The notes under the pieces were generated by a model. The model was not told the DNA's origin, did no database searches, and saw only the letters and a program-made list of their open reading frames with translations. Positions 1-9,150 of a stretch of DNA of 64,000 nt are shown here, piece after piece. The DNA comes from Candidatus Thorarchaeota archaeon (GTDB lineage Archaea > Asgardarchaeota > Thorarchaeia > Thorarchaeales > Thorarchaeaceae): positions 1 through 64,000 of the forward strand of contig SDNP01000015.1 in NCBI GenBank assembly GCA_004524445.1. The letters run 5' to 3'. Each line of letters starts with the position of its first letter. Within the stretch, counting starts at the first letter, position 1. The translations under genes and the position numbers were made by a program.

Positions 1-432
1 TGTCGCTCCAAATAGGCCCTCCCATTCCCAATCACTTGCAACGCTCATAGTGTTCATGGCCTCAGTTTGGTTCACATCGCTCATCTTTTCACAACCAAGA
101 ACAAGCATGCAATCATGTTCACCAGACTTTATTGACATGTATGCTTGACGGACTGCAGCACCACCGCTTGCGCAAGCGGCTTCCACACTGTATGCAGGAA
201 GATTTCCCAAACCGCCCATATCTGCAGCAAGGGCACCCAGGTGTTCTTGTCCAGTGAACCTTCCAGCACTCATGTTCCCAATTACCACAGCATCGAGGTC
301 TGCGCCTTGAATATTTGAGTCGAATATCGCAAGCATACCTGCTTCAAGTGTGAAATCGCTTAGATTCTTGTCCCAAAGTTCCCCAAAATTGCTCATTCCA
401 ACACCGATAATCGCTACTCTATCACTCATCAT
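1..432 (-). CDS. Acetyl-CoA acetyltransferase (archaeal thiolase), 5' part; runs off the window
   Basis: Manual translation from ATG 432/429: MSDRVAIIGVGMSNFGELW...GQEHLGAL...VEAACASGGAAVRQAYMSIKSG...GCEKMSD (thiolase catalytic Cys motif). Directly downstream of HMG-CoA synthase. Confidence 0.93.
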   Translation of the reverse strand, partial: MMSDRVAIIGVGMSNFGELWDKNLSDFTLEAGMLAIFDSNIQGADLDAVVIGNMSAGRFTGQEHLGALAADMGGLGNLPAYSVEAACASGGAAVRQAYMSIKSGEHDCMLVLGCEKMSDVNQTEAMNTMSVASDWEWEGLFGAT

Positions 433-440
433 TATGCACC

Positions 441-1484
441 TCACCCCAGAGCCTTGATTTTCCGTCTATATTTCGCATATATCGCATAACTCACATATTT
501 CTTTCTCGATATGAAATCATCTACAGTGGGGACCTCTCCTCGATGATTTTCTATCTCGTCTTCAACACGAATCGAGAACGCATCACTTCCTGCACCAGAA
601 CCATAAGACACCATAAAGACCCGCGATCCCGGGTCAGCAATGTCAAGAACCCTCGCAAGACCGATCATGGCGGAACCCGAGTATGTGTTTCCAATCTGAC
701 GAACAACTAGACTATCCTCAAGCTTTTCACTCGGCACACCCAGTTGTTTGCCCATTGAAACAGGGAACTTGCCATTTGGCGTATGAAAGATGAAGTAGTC
801 AAAATCATCAACCGTCGTTCCAGTCTGCTTGAAGAGTAATTTTGCGCCCTCACCCACGTGTCTAAAATAGGCAGGCTCTCCGGTAAATCGTGCCCCGTGA
901 CTTGGGAAGTCCTCCCCCTCGCGTCGCCAAAAGTCAGGAGTATCCGTTGTAAATGATGCTGTTGCTTCTATGGTTGCAATCGAATTCTCTTCGCCTATTA
1001 TGTACGCTGCACCACCCGCTGCAGCAGAATACTCAAGCGCATCACCAGGTCTGCCTTGAGCGGTATCTGCCCCTATTGCAAGGCCCAAATCAATCATCTG
1101 CGATTTTACTAGACCCATGTTGGCTTGTATTGCGGCGGTTCCGGCCTTGCATGCAAACTCGAAATCTGAAGCAGTTAGATTGGCTGTACATTCGATTGCC
1201 TCAGCAACAATCGTACCGGTTGGTTTCACAGCATATGGGTGAGACTCTGAACCGACATATATCGCCCCAATTCTCTTTGCATCAATTCTGGCATATTTCA
1301 CCGCGTTTCTGGCTGCTTCAACAGAAATGGTGGCTACATCCTCATCTGGGCCTGGAACGGATTTTTCAAACACACCCAATCCATGTGCTAGCTTCTCTCC
1401 ATCTTCTCCCCAGACCTCAGCAATGCTTTCAGTCTTGATTCTATAGCGAGGTATGTAAACACCATAACCAATAATTCCAACCAT
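441..1484 (-). CDS. Hydroxymethylglutaryl-CoA synthase (archaeal type)
   Basis: [14 protein letters not shown] start, [20 protein letters not shown] (catalytic Cys), [25 protein letters not shown]. In an operon with thiolase. Confidence 0.95.
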   Translation of the reverse strand: MVGIIGYGVYIPRYRIKTESIAEVWGEDGEKLAHGLGVFEKSVPGPDEDVATISVEAARNAVKYARIDAKRIGAIYVGSESHPYAVKPTGTIVAEAIECTANLTASDFEFACKAGTAAIQANMGLVKSQMIDLGLAIGADTAQGRPGDALEYSAAAGGAAYIIGEENSIATIEATASFTTDTPDFWRREGEDFPSHGARFTGEPAYFRHVGEGAKLLFKQTGTTVDDFDYFIFHTPNGKFPVSMGKQLGVPSEKLEDSLVVRQIGNTYSGSAMIGLARVLDIADPGSRVFMVSYGSGAGSDAFSIRVEDEIENHRGEVPTVDDFISRKKYVSYAIYAKYRRKIKALG

Positions 1485-1799
1485 TCACGAATCTCTCCAT
1501 TTTCTCCCCACTACGGGAAATGTCGAAGTCATATACGTCGTTCTTCTACTCTCATTGGCGGACAGGGTCCCCTATATAGAGCTTTTCATAGCATGAGCCA
1601 TGTGTTTACGTCTTTTTGCGAATCTCGACCCTGCTATTGCTTATTGACGATAAGTATACAGGAGTGATGGTTGTATATATTGCTGACGACGTGAATAAGA
1701 TAGCATATTGTCGAATTAGCAAGAAAAAGTGAACCAAGCCGGTCAATTTGTGGATACTCAAGTGGCGTAAGATAATAAGCAAACAATTGCATACATGAG

Positions 1800-2006
1800 T
1801 TGGCGATTGGAGTGACAGAGTCTTTCTCCGGAATCAAATATCAGAAGATTGTTCTTCAAGAAACAAAGACAGTTTCTCAGTTGCTTGAAGAATTAGAGTT
1901 GTCAACGGATCATGTAGTTCTGATAAATGGGAAGCGAGTTGATTCTGATTTCGTTATTGATACATCAGACTCAGTTGTTGTCCTCCCACTGATTAAAGGC
2001 GGGTAG
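1800..2006 (+). CDS. ThiS/MoaD/SAMP-like ubiquitin-fold small protein
   Basis: 68 aa with TVSQLLEELEL...VVLINGK...DSVVVLPLIKGG and a C-terminal di-glycine. TTG start. Confidence 0.85.
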   Translation: MAIGVTESFSGIKYQKIVLQETKTVSQLLEELELSTDHVVLINGKRVDSDFVIDTSDSVVVLPLIKGG

Positions 2007-3515
2007 ACGCCCATAACGAGAAAATCGATATGCATGCTCCAATTCATTTTCAGAGGCAATTTCTCTCTGGGAACGCACAGGTATGCCAACAATATATCCA
2101 ATCTGCTTTAGAACATCAGGCAATGCTCTTCGTAAGTCCCTTTTGCTTGCACCCTTGAGTTTCTTGATATTCTCAGCAATTCCCTTGAGTAAAAGCTTGC
2201 TAGAGCCCGAGCTGTATTGGGTTGCACTCTTCACTTTATTGGCAATTGCTTCTGGCAAACCCATTCGAGTGCATATCTTCCGGAATATCACCTTGCGTCG
2301 AGGTAAGCCTTCAGGCGCAATTTTGTATGACGGTGGTATCGAAAGGCCGTACTGAACGAAAGGAGGGGATAAGTAGGGGAAGAAAGCTTCACACCCGGAG
2401 TATTCGATTGCCTTCATATCCCTTGCGATGTTTGCCTCATGTGTAATAGACAAGTTTTCGATAAGTTCATGCTGTAATGCCTTCTGACCCCGTTCTTTGA
2501 AGATACGAACATGCCTTGCGTAGCCAGCAAATATTTCATCTGGGCCCTGTCCAGAGATGAGCAGATTGCGTCCGTTGGACGCTGCTAATCTTGCCGATAG
2601 AAAGAAAGGGATTGCGATTTCAACATCCATTGCATTGGTTGTCTCAATCGAATATATGACCTCTGGCAATATATGCCATATCAAATCAAAATCCAGCAGA
2701 ACTTTCTGGACATCCATATCCAACATTCTTGCATGGGATTCAGCAACTTTCTGATCCTTCGATTCATCACCAAAAGCTGAGATGAGAGTTAAATCATCCA
2801 CGTATTTTCTTGACAGTAGGACTGCCATGGAACTGTCGACGCCTCCAGAAAACAACACTGCCGCTTTATCGACACCTCTCAGTTTGGAAAAGGAATTCAA
2901 CAGAAGTGTTTCCATATTCTTGTATATGTTTTTCATTTGCAGTTGGGACTTGAATGAATGCCCAGTTCTCAAAGACGACTCAACCCGTAAATGACCTGAG
3001 TCACGGAGAGTTAAAACATCTCCAGGAAACACAACAGCAACGTGGGGCATATTGAGATTCCATAAAGCTTTCCTCTGCGTGGAAAAGATTGTTCTATCGG
3101 AATTGGCTGCAACATAGAGGGGGATCTGACCATCTTGTGACCGGATAACGATTCGATGGTCTTTCTGTTCAACGACCATTATGAAAGTGGTAAGAGAGTT
3201 TTCCAATCTACTGATGAAAGAAGATTTCTCCTGAATGTCATGATTGCCGAGTAGGCACGAAATGTGTTTCGCATTCTGGGGAGCCATTTGGTGGGTGTGG
3301 CAGAGAAATACATTTTGATTCCTGTAATCCACATTCTGTAGTCGATATGTTCTGGGATAGGTGGCGCACCATTGAGTAGCACCATTATCGGAGCCGGAAA
3401 TGCAAACAGTCGAAACACCAGTGTCGCCATGAGAAAGGGACTCTAACATTTGAGAAATTCGTTTGGCATTAGAGCAAGAATCGGTTCTCTCAACAATCCC
3501 AACCAGCGCTGGCAT
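1971..3515 (-). CDS. Asparagine synthetase B-like protein (N-type ATP pyrophosphatase) with degenerate glutaminase domain
   Basis: FSGGVDSS PP-loop, SGQGPDEIFAGY, PYLS...K.IFR...K.ATQYSSG. N-terminus MPALVGIV lacks the Ntn Cys. Confidence 0.85.
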   Translation of the reverse strand: MPALVGIVERTDSCSNAKRISQMLESLSHGDTGVSTVCISGSDNGATQWCATYPRTYRLQNVDYRNQNVFLCHTHQMAPQNAKHISCLLGNHDIQEKSSFISRLENSLTTFIMVVEQKDHRIVIRSQDGQIPLYVAANSDRTIFSTQRKALWNLNMPHVAVVFPGDVLTLRDSGHLRVESSLRTGHSFKSQLQMKNIYKNMETLLLNSFSKLRGVDKAAVLFSGGVDSSMAVLLSRKYVDDLTLISAFGDESKDQKVAESHARMLDMDVQKVLLDFDLIWHILPEVIYSIETTNAMDVEIAIPFFLSARLAASNGRNLLISGQGPDEIFAGYARHVRIFKERGQKALQHELIENLSITHEANIARDMKAIEYSGCEAFFPYLSPPFVQYGLSIPPSYKIAPEGLPRRKVIFRKICTRMGLPEAIANKVKSATQYSSGSSKLLLKGIAENIKKLKGASKRDLRRALPDVLKQIGYIVGIPVRSQREIASENELEHAYRFSRYGRLPAFNQWEDNN

Positions 3516-3597
3516 CTTTACCGCTCACATTCGGGTCATACGCCTGATTTGAAGATTGGAGATAGAGGACAAAGATAGCATGATTGTACTAAGGAAT

Positions 3598-4014
3598 TCA
3601 TTCCAAGGGTACATTGACTAACTTGACCTTTTTAACCCCAGTGATGCCAGAAATTTGATCTCTCAAATCATCTACTTCAACACTTAGCTGTTCAGGAGTA
3701 AAATAGCATTCATAGAAGCATTTGGAAGCTTCTTGACATATTCCAGATGTGAAAAGAATATCCTCAAGGTCAGCCCGCTCAAAGATACTTGTAAGCTCTT
3801 CCAGAAAGCTCTTGCTGAGTTTTTCAATCTCCAAACGAAGATAGAGCACCTTGTTAGACCCCACAGGATAGATTTTTACATTTCTATCTTTTACAACCAG
3901 TATAGCCAAGCCAAAAGGTTGAGACATTCCTTTAACAAAATCTGACGGCAGAGAGATTTCATTACCTTCGACAACTTTGAGAACTTTCGCTTGAGTCATT
4001 TCTGTTTTATCCAA
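3598..4014 (-). CDS. Hypothetical protein, possible AbrB-like N-terminus plus ACT-like C-terminus
   Basis: KVVEGNEISLPSDF resembles an AbrB swapped hairpin; the C-terminal region ending ISGITGVKKVKLV is ACT-like. GGAGG lies 9 nt upstream of the TTG. Confidence 0.55.
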   Translation of the reverse strand: MDKTEMTQAKVLKVVEGNEISLPSDFVKGMSQPFGLAILVVKDRNVKIYPVGSNKVLYLRLEIEKLSKSFLEELTSIFERADLEDILFTSGICQEASKCFYECYFTPEQLSVEVDDLRDQISGITGVKKVKLVNVPLE

Positions 4015-4211
4015 GTTCCATTTCCTCCAATCTCGGCAATTCTAGAATGTGCTCCGCAATTATATCTCTTTTGCCAAAAAGCGAAGATTAGGCCAGCAAT
4101 AGAAAAAAGACTCGTGATAGGTTTCCAAGGTAACTGAACAGTAGTTCAAAGCCCATCTCTCGCGAAAACCCTAAGGATTAATGTGCAAATGTGCGTCTCT
4201 CCGGAAGATTT

Positions 4212-5795
4212 TCATGCTCCACGGAGACCGAACCACTTTCTGATTCTTCTGATGGCTCCAAAATCAGGTTTTTCTACGACGCGGAGTGTCCATTTATTTC
4301 TGGCTGGTTTGTAATATTCTAGGAACGCGACTTCACCACTAGACCGGATTCGCTCCATTTCCTGCAGTTGACCCTGCAGCCACGCCTTTCTAGATATGGG
4401 CATCCTAGAAGTAGCAGTATCGAAGAGGGTTGGTTGAAAATCGAAAACGAGAGCTCGTTCAGTCATGTATTCGAGGATACCCTCTTCAAGTGTAGGGCTT
4501 ATGGTTTCTCTGTCTGTAAAAAATGAAGCAGCCACTGATACATTGGGATATTTTTCAGGGAGGTTTAGAGCAAATTTGAAAGACCGTTTGAATTTGGACA
4601 GATGGGTGGCTGCGTCAAGAAAGAGGAGTGTCTCGGGCTTTCCCTCAAAGACATCTTCATCAGGCTCATCTCCCTCTGCCGCCTTATGTTTCTCAATGAA
4701 ATCTTGAATAAGTTGATCGGTCACCGGAGGAAGATCTTCCTCACTTGGTTTTTCGTACTCTAAAGAGTCATCCTCAATGGTGGAGCTGCTTTTCCCTTTC
4801 CGTGCCGTGCTCTCTGGTTTTCTTCGACGGCGATATTTTGGATGGATATAACCAATCTCATGGACCAGATGCTGCAATACCAGTGGAAGAAATAGGTCAT
4901 AAAGCGTTCCTCTAGTTTCCGTTATCAACAAAACAGGTTTGAATTGCGATACAGCTACAGGGAGGCCAGAATTGTATTCCGGATCTGCATCAAAAAATTT
5001 TCTGAGATTATTAACAGAATACCCATCAGTTACGCGATTTTCCCACTCCAAATAAACATCCTTTACCTCCTGCTTACGGCGATCCTTGACCAGACTCATA
5101 AACTTCCCAAGGTACTTCACACCTCTCGATACCGCTGTAGCAGGACTCACGAAAACGGTCATTAGACCAACGGCTTCTCCGGCATACTCGCTGGCCTCGG
5201 TGTCTTTTATCTTCCCTAGCACCTCTTCTGTCAATGAAGGAGGACCCAGCTTCTCAACGAGAACTTCATGCATTCCTTCAAAATTTTCAAATGAAGCATC
5301 GCCCGGTCCAATGTCTTCACCAATGGGGGAGGCATCTGAGAGAACCTCAGCAAATAGATTGGGTCGAGTAATGAGCCATTGAAGCGGTACCTTCAATGAG
5401 GGGTAGTTGTGCATGTACGTTCGATCGGATTCCTTTGCGCCAAAGTAGTATTTTTCTGATTGGGGAAATAGACCGTCAAAAATCTCCATGAACTGAATGA
5501 ATCCTTCCTCTGTGCTCAGACCCATCTCAGCACGTTCAAGAGCATCCGCAACAAAGACAAGTCCTCGACCAGGAGTCTTAGCATCCTTCGCCATGATGGC
5601 CATGACCTGCTTTGGCGAGAGATAGAGCAAATTACTAGCTGCGAAAGGAGCGTCATAGAATGAAAAAATACCTAATCTTCGCCACGGGCGATTATCCATC
5701 TTGGAAGTGACAAGGTGTGAAAACCACTCAAATCCACGTTGATATCTTGAGATGTTTTCTTCAATAAGCTCATGCTCACTGGTCATATAATACAC
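4212..5795 (-). CDS. Hypothetical protein (527 aa; start may be ATG 5786)
   Basis: Long ORF with protein-like composition. Walker-B-like LLFLDAA but no Walker A; basic amphipathic C-terminus. Confidence 0.75.
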   Translation of the reverse strand: MYYMTSEHELIEENISRYQRGFEWFSHLVTSKMDNRPWRRLGIFSFYDAPFAASNLLYLSPKQVMAIMAKDAKTPGRGLVFVADALERAEMGLSTEEGFIQFMEIFDGLFPQSEKYYFGAKESDRTYMHNYPSLKVPLQWLITRPNLFAEVLSDASPIGEDIGPGDASFENFEGMHEVLVEKLGPPSLTEEVLGKIKDTEASEYAGEAVGLMTVFVSPATAVSRGVKYLGKFMSLVKDRRKQEVKDVYLEWENRVTDGYSVNNLRKFFDADPEYNSGLPVAVSQFKPVLLITETRGTLYDLFLPLVLQHLVHEIGYIHPKYRRRRKPESTARKGKSSSTIEDDSLEYEKPSEEDLPPVTDQLIQDFIEKHKAAEGDEPDEDVFEGKPETLLFLDAATHLSKFKRSFKFALNLPEKYPNVSVAASFFTDRETISPTLEEGILEYMTERALVFDFQPTLFDTATSRMPISRKAWLQGQLQEMERIRSSGEVAFLEYYKPARNKWTLRVVEKPDFGAIRRIRKWFGLRGA

Positions 5796-5861
5796 CTAGC
5801 TCGACGGACCAAGGTGATCCACAAGGCCTATCTCGCTCTTGTCGAGATAAACCTATTGCCT

Positions 5862-7070
5862 TCAGTAGTCCAACCTGAGCGCGAAAAGCCCCACGATAAG
5901 GGCACCAACGAAGAACAATATCACAAATAGGAGGCGCCAGTCCACCAGAGGTGGTGATGGATTATTTGGATCTTCGAGGTAAATACGATTCATTATTGTA
6001 CCATTATCATCAATGATATTGATGGCCTTGAATGCTAAGCCTGCTCGATAAAGAGAGCCCGACGAAACACCGGGGACATTCGCCCAAGTCCCATCATCTG
6101 CTTGACAGTTATAGATGAAGTCAGCTATTCGGCCAATCTCACTCTCACCAACTCTACCAAGCAATTGAAGGGTTTCCAGAGCCCAATAAGTGCTGACAAG
6201 GTTGGTATCATTAGTCATGTAGCCTTCTTCGAACCCCCCAGAAAGCTCCTGATATTCCTCGTTGAGTACCTGTCGTTCAATTATCCAACTCCCAATTGCT
6301 CCTTGATTGTCTGCAGCGTCTAGTGCGCCCAGAATATCGAGGGCAAGAAGTGCTCCTGCAGTTGAGGTTACGCCTGAGATGCTGGAAGATGGACTCAATT
6401 TGAATGCATCTCCATCCCTGCAACTCAGAATCCAGTTCACAGTTTTAGTACGGTTCCAGAGCCAATCATCTATTGATGTTCCAAGTTTCTCGGTCATGGC
6501 GTCTATGACAAAGAGGGCATAGTAGGTGGACATAACATCGGGGGAAGAACCCTCTGCATTTCCAAAGCCTCCTGATTCCGCTTGAGTTTTATTTGCATAA
6601 ACCAGAGCCGCTGTGACATTAAATTTTTCTTCAGTTGATGGGAGGTTAGGAATATCCTGCTCCTCTGCAATCATGTTCCAAAGCTGAACACCATGATATG
6701 AATTTCTAATCGAAACGGGTCCTGCAATGAAAAGCGACCAGCCACCATATCTCTCAAAGTCTTCTCCGCCGCTTTGCCACTGAAGTTTCCTCGTGAAATT
6801 CAGCAGTTTAACAAGATCCACTGATGGGGGTCTGGCATCAAAGAAGCCTCTATCATCCAGTATTGTAGCTGCTCCCCATGTAGGATAGAGCCGGGGCACA
6901 TCGGCATCAGCAGGAGAATATGCACCTTCTGTTGTATCATAGTTCTCTGCAATATGTGCGTAGAGTGAATCCCATCTAGTTCCCGGATTTGCTGATACTG
7001 GTGTCATGTAGACTGAAACAGTCACTAATGCTAATAAGATGAGTACACCTGCTACTTGGATTTTCTTCAT
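5862..7070 (-). CDS. Secreted, C-terminally anchored prenyltransferase/squalene-oxidase repeat (alpha/alpha toroid) protein
   Basis: Start reassigned to MKKIQV (signal peptide). Repeats GGFG...STYYAL, GGFEE...STYWALETLQLLG, FIYNCQADDGTW; C-terminal TM helix. Confidence 0.8.
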   Translation of the reverse strand: MKKIQVAGVLILLALVTVSVYMTPVSANPGTRWDSLYAHIAENYDTTEGAYSPADADVPRLYPTWGAATILDDRGFFDARPPSVDLVKLLNFTRKLQWQSGGEDFERYGGWSLFIAGPVSIRNSYHGVQLWNMIAEEQDIPNLPSTEEKFNVTAALVYANKTQAESGGFGNAEGSSPDVMSTYYALFVIDAMTEKLGTSIDDWLWNRTKTVNWILSCRDGDAFKLSPSSSISGVTSTAGALLALDILGALDAADNQGAIGSWIIERQVLNEEYQELSGGFEEGYMTNDTNLVSTYWALETLQLLGRVGESEIGRIADFIYNCQADDGTWANVPGVSSGSLYRAGLAFKAINIIDDNGTIMNRIYLEDPNNPSPPLVDWRLLFVILFFVGALIVGLFALRLDY

Positions 7071-7188
7071 TTGGTTATCCCGGCCAATTTGCTGTTTTGC
7101 AGAACATACACTCTGCAGGATGTGCCTCGTTTGAAGTGACATTATTAACGTTTCCCCAAAGGGAGCAAATGTACTGCTATGACCAGAA

Positions 7189-8193
7189 CTAGGCAGAATA
7201 GCCTCTTGGGGTTTCACGTTTCTCGTCGCGGATGTAAGTGTACGCTGAGTCTGCAGCAATAGCACCATGACCAACTGCAACTGCAATCTGTTTCATTCCC
7301 TGCACTACATCACCTGCAGCAAAAAAGCCGGGTATGTTGGTAGACTGGTCGGCATCAACCAGGATTTCCCCTTTGGCATTCGTTTGAACTCCGAAGCTCC
7401 TGGCAAGATCACTATTCGGATCAGAACCAAGTGCAACAAAAACGCCATCTACCTCCATCCGTCTGGTGTCACCCGTCTTAACGTCCTCAATAATGATGTA
7501 ATCAAGCATATCGTCTCCTCGAAACTCCTTGACAATGTGATCCCAGAGAATTTCGACAGGCGAGTCAAAGATAGTTTCTCGCATTGCGTTTTCTGCTCTC
7601 AGTTCATCGCGTCTGTGGATAAGGTATGTCTTTTCAGTCAAGTCAGATAGATATACAGCTTCGGTGGTTGCCGTATTTCCTCCACCGACAACAGCCACAG
7701 TCTTTTCCCTAAATAGTGGGCCATCACATGTGGCACAATACGAAACACCGCGTCCGGTAAGTCGCTCTTCTCCAGGTACATCCAGATGCCTGTGGCCACC
7801 GCCTGTTGCATATATGACGACCTTGGTTCTATAATTCCCTCTCCGTGTTTCAAGAATGAAATCACCGGATTCACCATCTCTTGAAATGTTTTTCACTTCA
7901 GTGATTTCTTTAACATCTGCTCCTGAAGCCTTAACCTGTTCTTTCATTTTGTTTGCCAGGTCTATACCACTAATCCATGTAAACCCAGGATAGTTTTCAA
8001 TTCCGGGACTTGTTGCTTGTGCGCCACCCAGGACCTTCTCTTCCAGGATAACGGTCTTGAGACCATATCTTGCGGTGTAGATAGCTGCAGTCATGCCTGC
8101 AGGACCACCGCCAATTACAGCCACCTCCCAATCAAGGTCTTCGCGCGGTTTGCCTTCTTCCTCTTTATTCGAAGTATTCAAGTCGATTTTCAT
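7189..8193 (-). CDS. trxB: Thioredoxin-disulfide reductase
   Basis: GGGPAGMTAA, GRGVSYCATCDG (CxxC), VVGGGNTA, IHRRD, FAAGDV. Confidence 0.95.
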   Translation of the reverse strand: MKIDLNTSNKEEEGKPREDLDWEVAVIGGGPAGMTAAIYTARYGLKTVILEEKVLGGAQATSPGIENYPGFTWISGIDLANKMKEQVKASGADVKEITEVKNISRDGESGDFILETRRGNYRTKVVIYATGGGHRHLDVPGEERLTGRGVSYCATCDGPLFREKTVAVVGGGNTATTEAVYLSDLTEKTYLIHRRDELRAENAMRETIFDSPVEILWDHIVKEFRGDDMLDYIIIEDVKTGDTRRMEVDGVFVALGSDPNSDLARSFGVQTNAKGEILVDADQSTNIPGFFAAGDVVQGMKQIAVAVGHGAIAADSAYTYIRDEKRETPRGYSA

Positions 8194-8224
8194 CAGGTAG
8201 ACCTTTCTCTGTGTAATTTCTCAA

Positions 8225-9076
8225 CTATATTTGAACTAATCGCTCTATGTCTTGCTTACGTAATCCGGTTTTTGGATAGACTCGCATTTTACTGATGGGC
8301 TTAATCAGGTCGGATACTTGACTGAAGCTAACTTCTCTAATTGATGCGTTGCTGTATGTTGATATTTGTACAGCCTTCAACATCCGTTCAGGATCAAAGC
8401 GGAATGCCTGTCCAGGCGATACGGCAATTATCGAGTCTACATTGGTGAGCTCTTCCCAAGGCCAGACCGTATCGTTAAATGCCTCGATAACAACAATATC
8501 TGCCCTTTCTTCAACCCAATCAAATGAATCACCAATATGACCCTCTAGCATCCCTTCTTCAAATGCATGCGCTTCTGAGAAGGTAGATATACTCTCCACA
8601 ACAGCATCACCAGTCATCTTCTCGGCATTTTCCTTTGAAAACAATACAGAATCAGAATCTATCAACTCTTTTGCCAAGAGGTTTGTGGATTCAATCGCAT
8701 CATCCTTGGGATGGCTGAATCTTTGCATAACAAGAACCGAATCCATCCCTGCAATGGCTAAGGTGGATGGCAGTGAGGCTAATGGTCTCTCCGTTAGTGC
8801 AGGCGCATAAAGCCTATGCACAGGATTGGAAATTTCTAAGGGCAGCTTCGATTCGTAGAAGCGGCGGACATATGCAGCATCCTTTGAATGCAAAGAACTA
8901 GATTCTAGACAATTTTCCGAGTGTGAGTAATTATGCCAGAAGTTGTGAGCACTCAGAGGTTTGAAATACTCCCCGCTTGCGTCGTTGTTTTGCAGGTAAT
9001 CCATGATTTGTGCAGCAACTCGTGTCTTTCCCGAATTGTAGGTATGAACCCCAATTATGAGTATCCTTTTCGACAT
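8225..9076 (-). CDS. Archaeal P-loop NTPase (dethiobiotin-synthetase-like fold)
   Basis: ILIIGVHTYNSGKT Walker A, YFKPLSAHNFW, DIVVIEAFND Walker B. Confidence 0.75.
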   Translation of the reverse strand: MSKRILIIGVHTYNSGKTRVAAQIMDYLQNNDASGEYFKPLSAHNFWHNYSHSENCLESSSLHSKDAAYVRRFYESKLPLEISNPVHRLYAPALTERPLASLPSTLAIAGMDSVLVMQRFSHPKDDAIESTNLLAKELIDSDSVLFSKENAEKMTGDAVVESISTFSEAHAFEEGMLEGHIGDSFDWVEERADIVVIEAFNDTVWPWEELTNVDSIIAVSPGQAFRFDPERMLKAVQISTYSNASIREVSFSQVSDLIKPISKMRVYPKTGLRKQDIERLVQI

Positions 9077-9107
9077 CGCGAGTAATGCTCCTGAAAAATG
9101 AGTGGAA

Positions 9108-9126
9108 AGGAGCCAAAAAGGCTCCT
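9108..9126 (-). terminator. Hairpin downstream of the thermosome gene
   Basis: AGGAGCC-AAAAA-GGCTCCT perfect 7-bp stem, followed on the minus strand by a pyrimidine/T-rich tract. Confidence 0.55.
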
Positions 9127-9150
9127 CTATTCTATTGTACTTCTAGTCGC

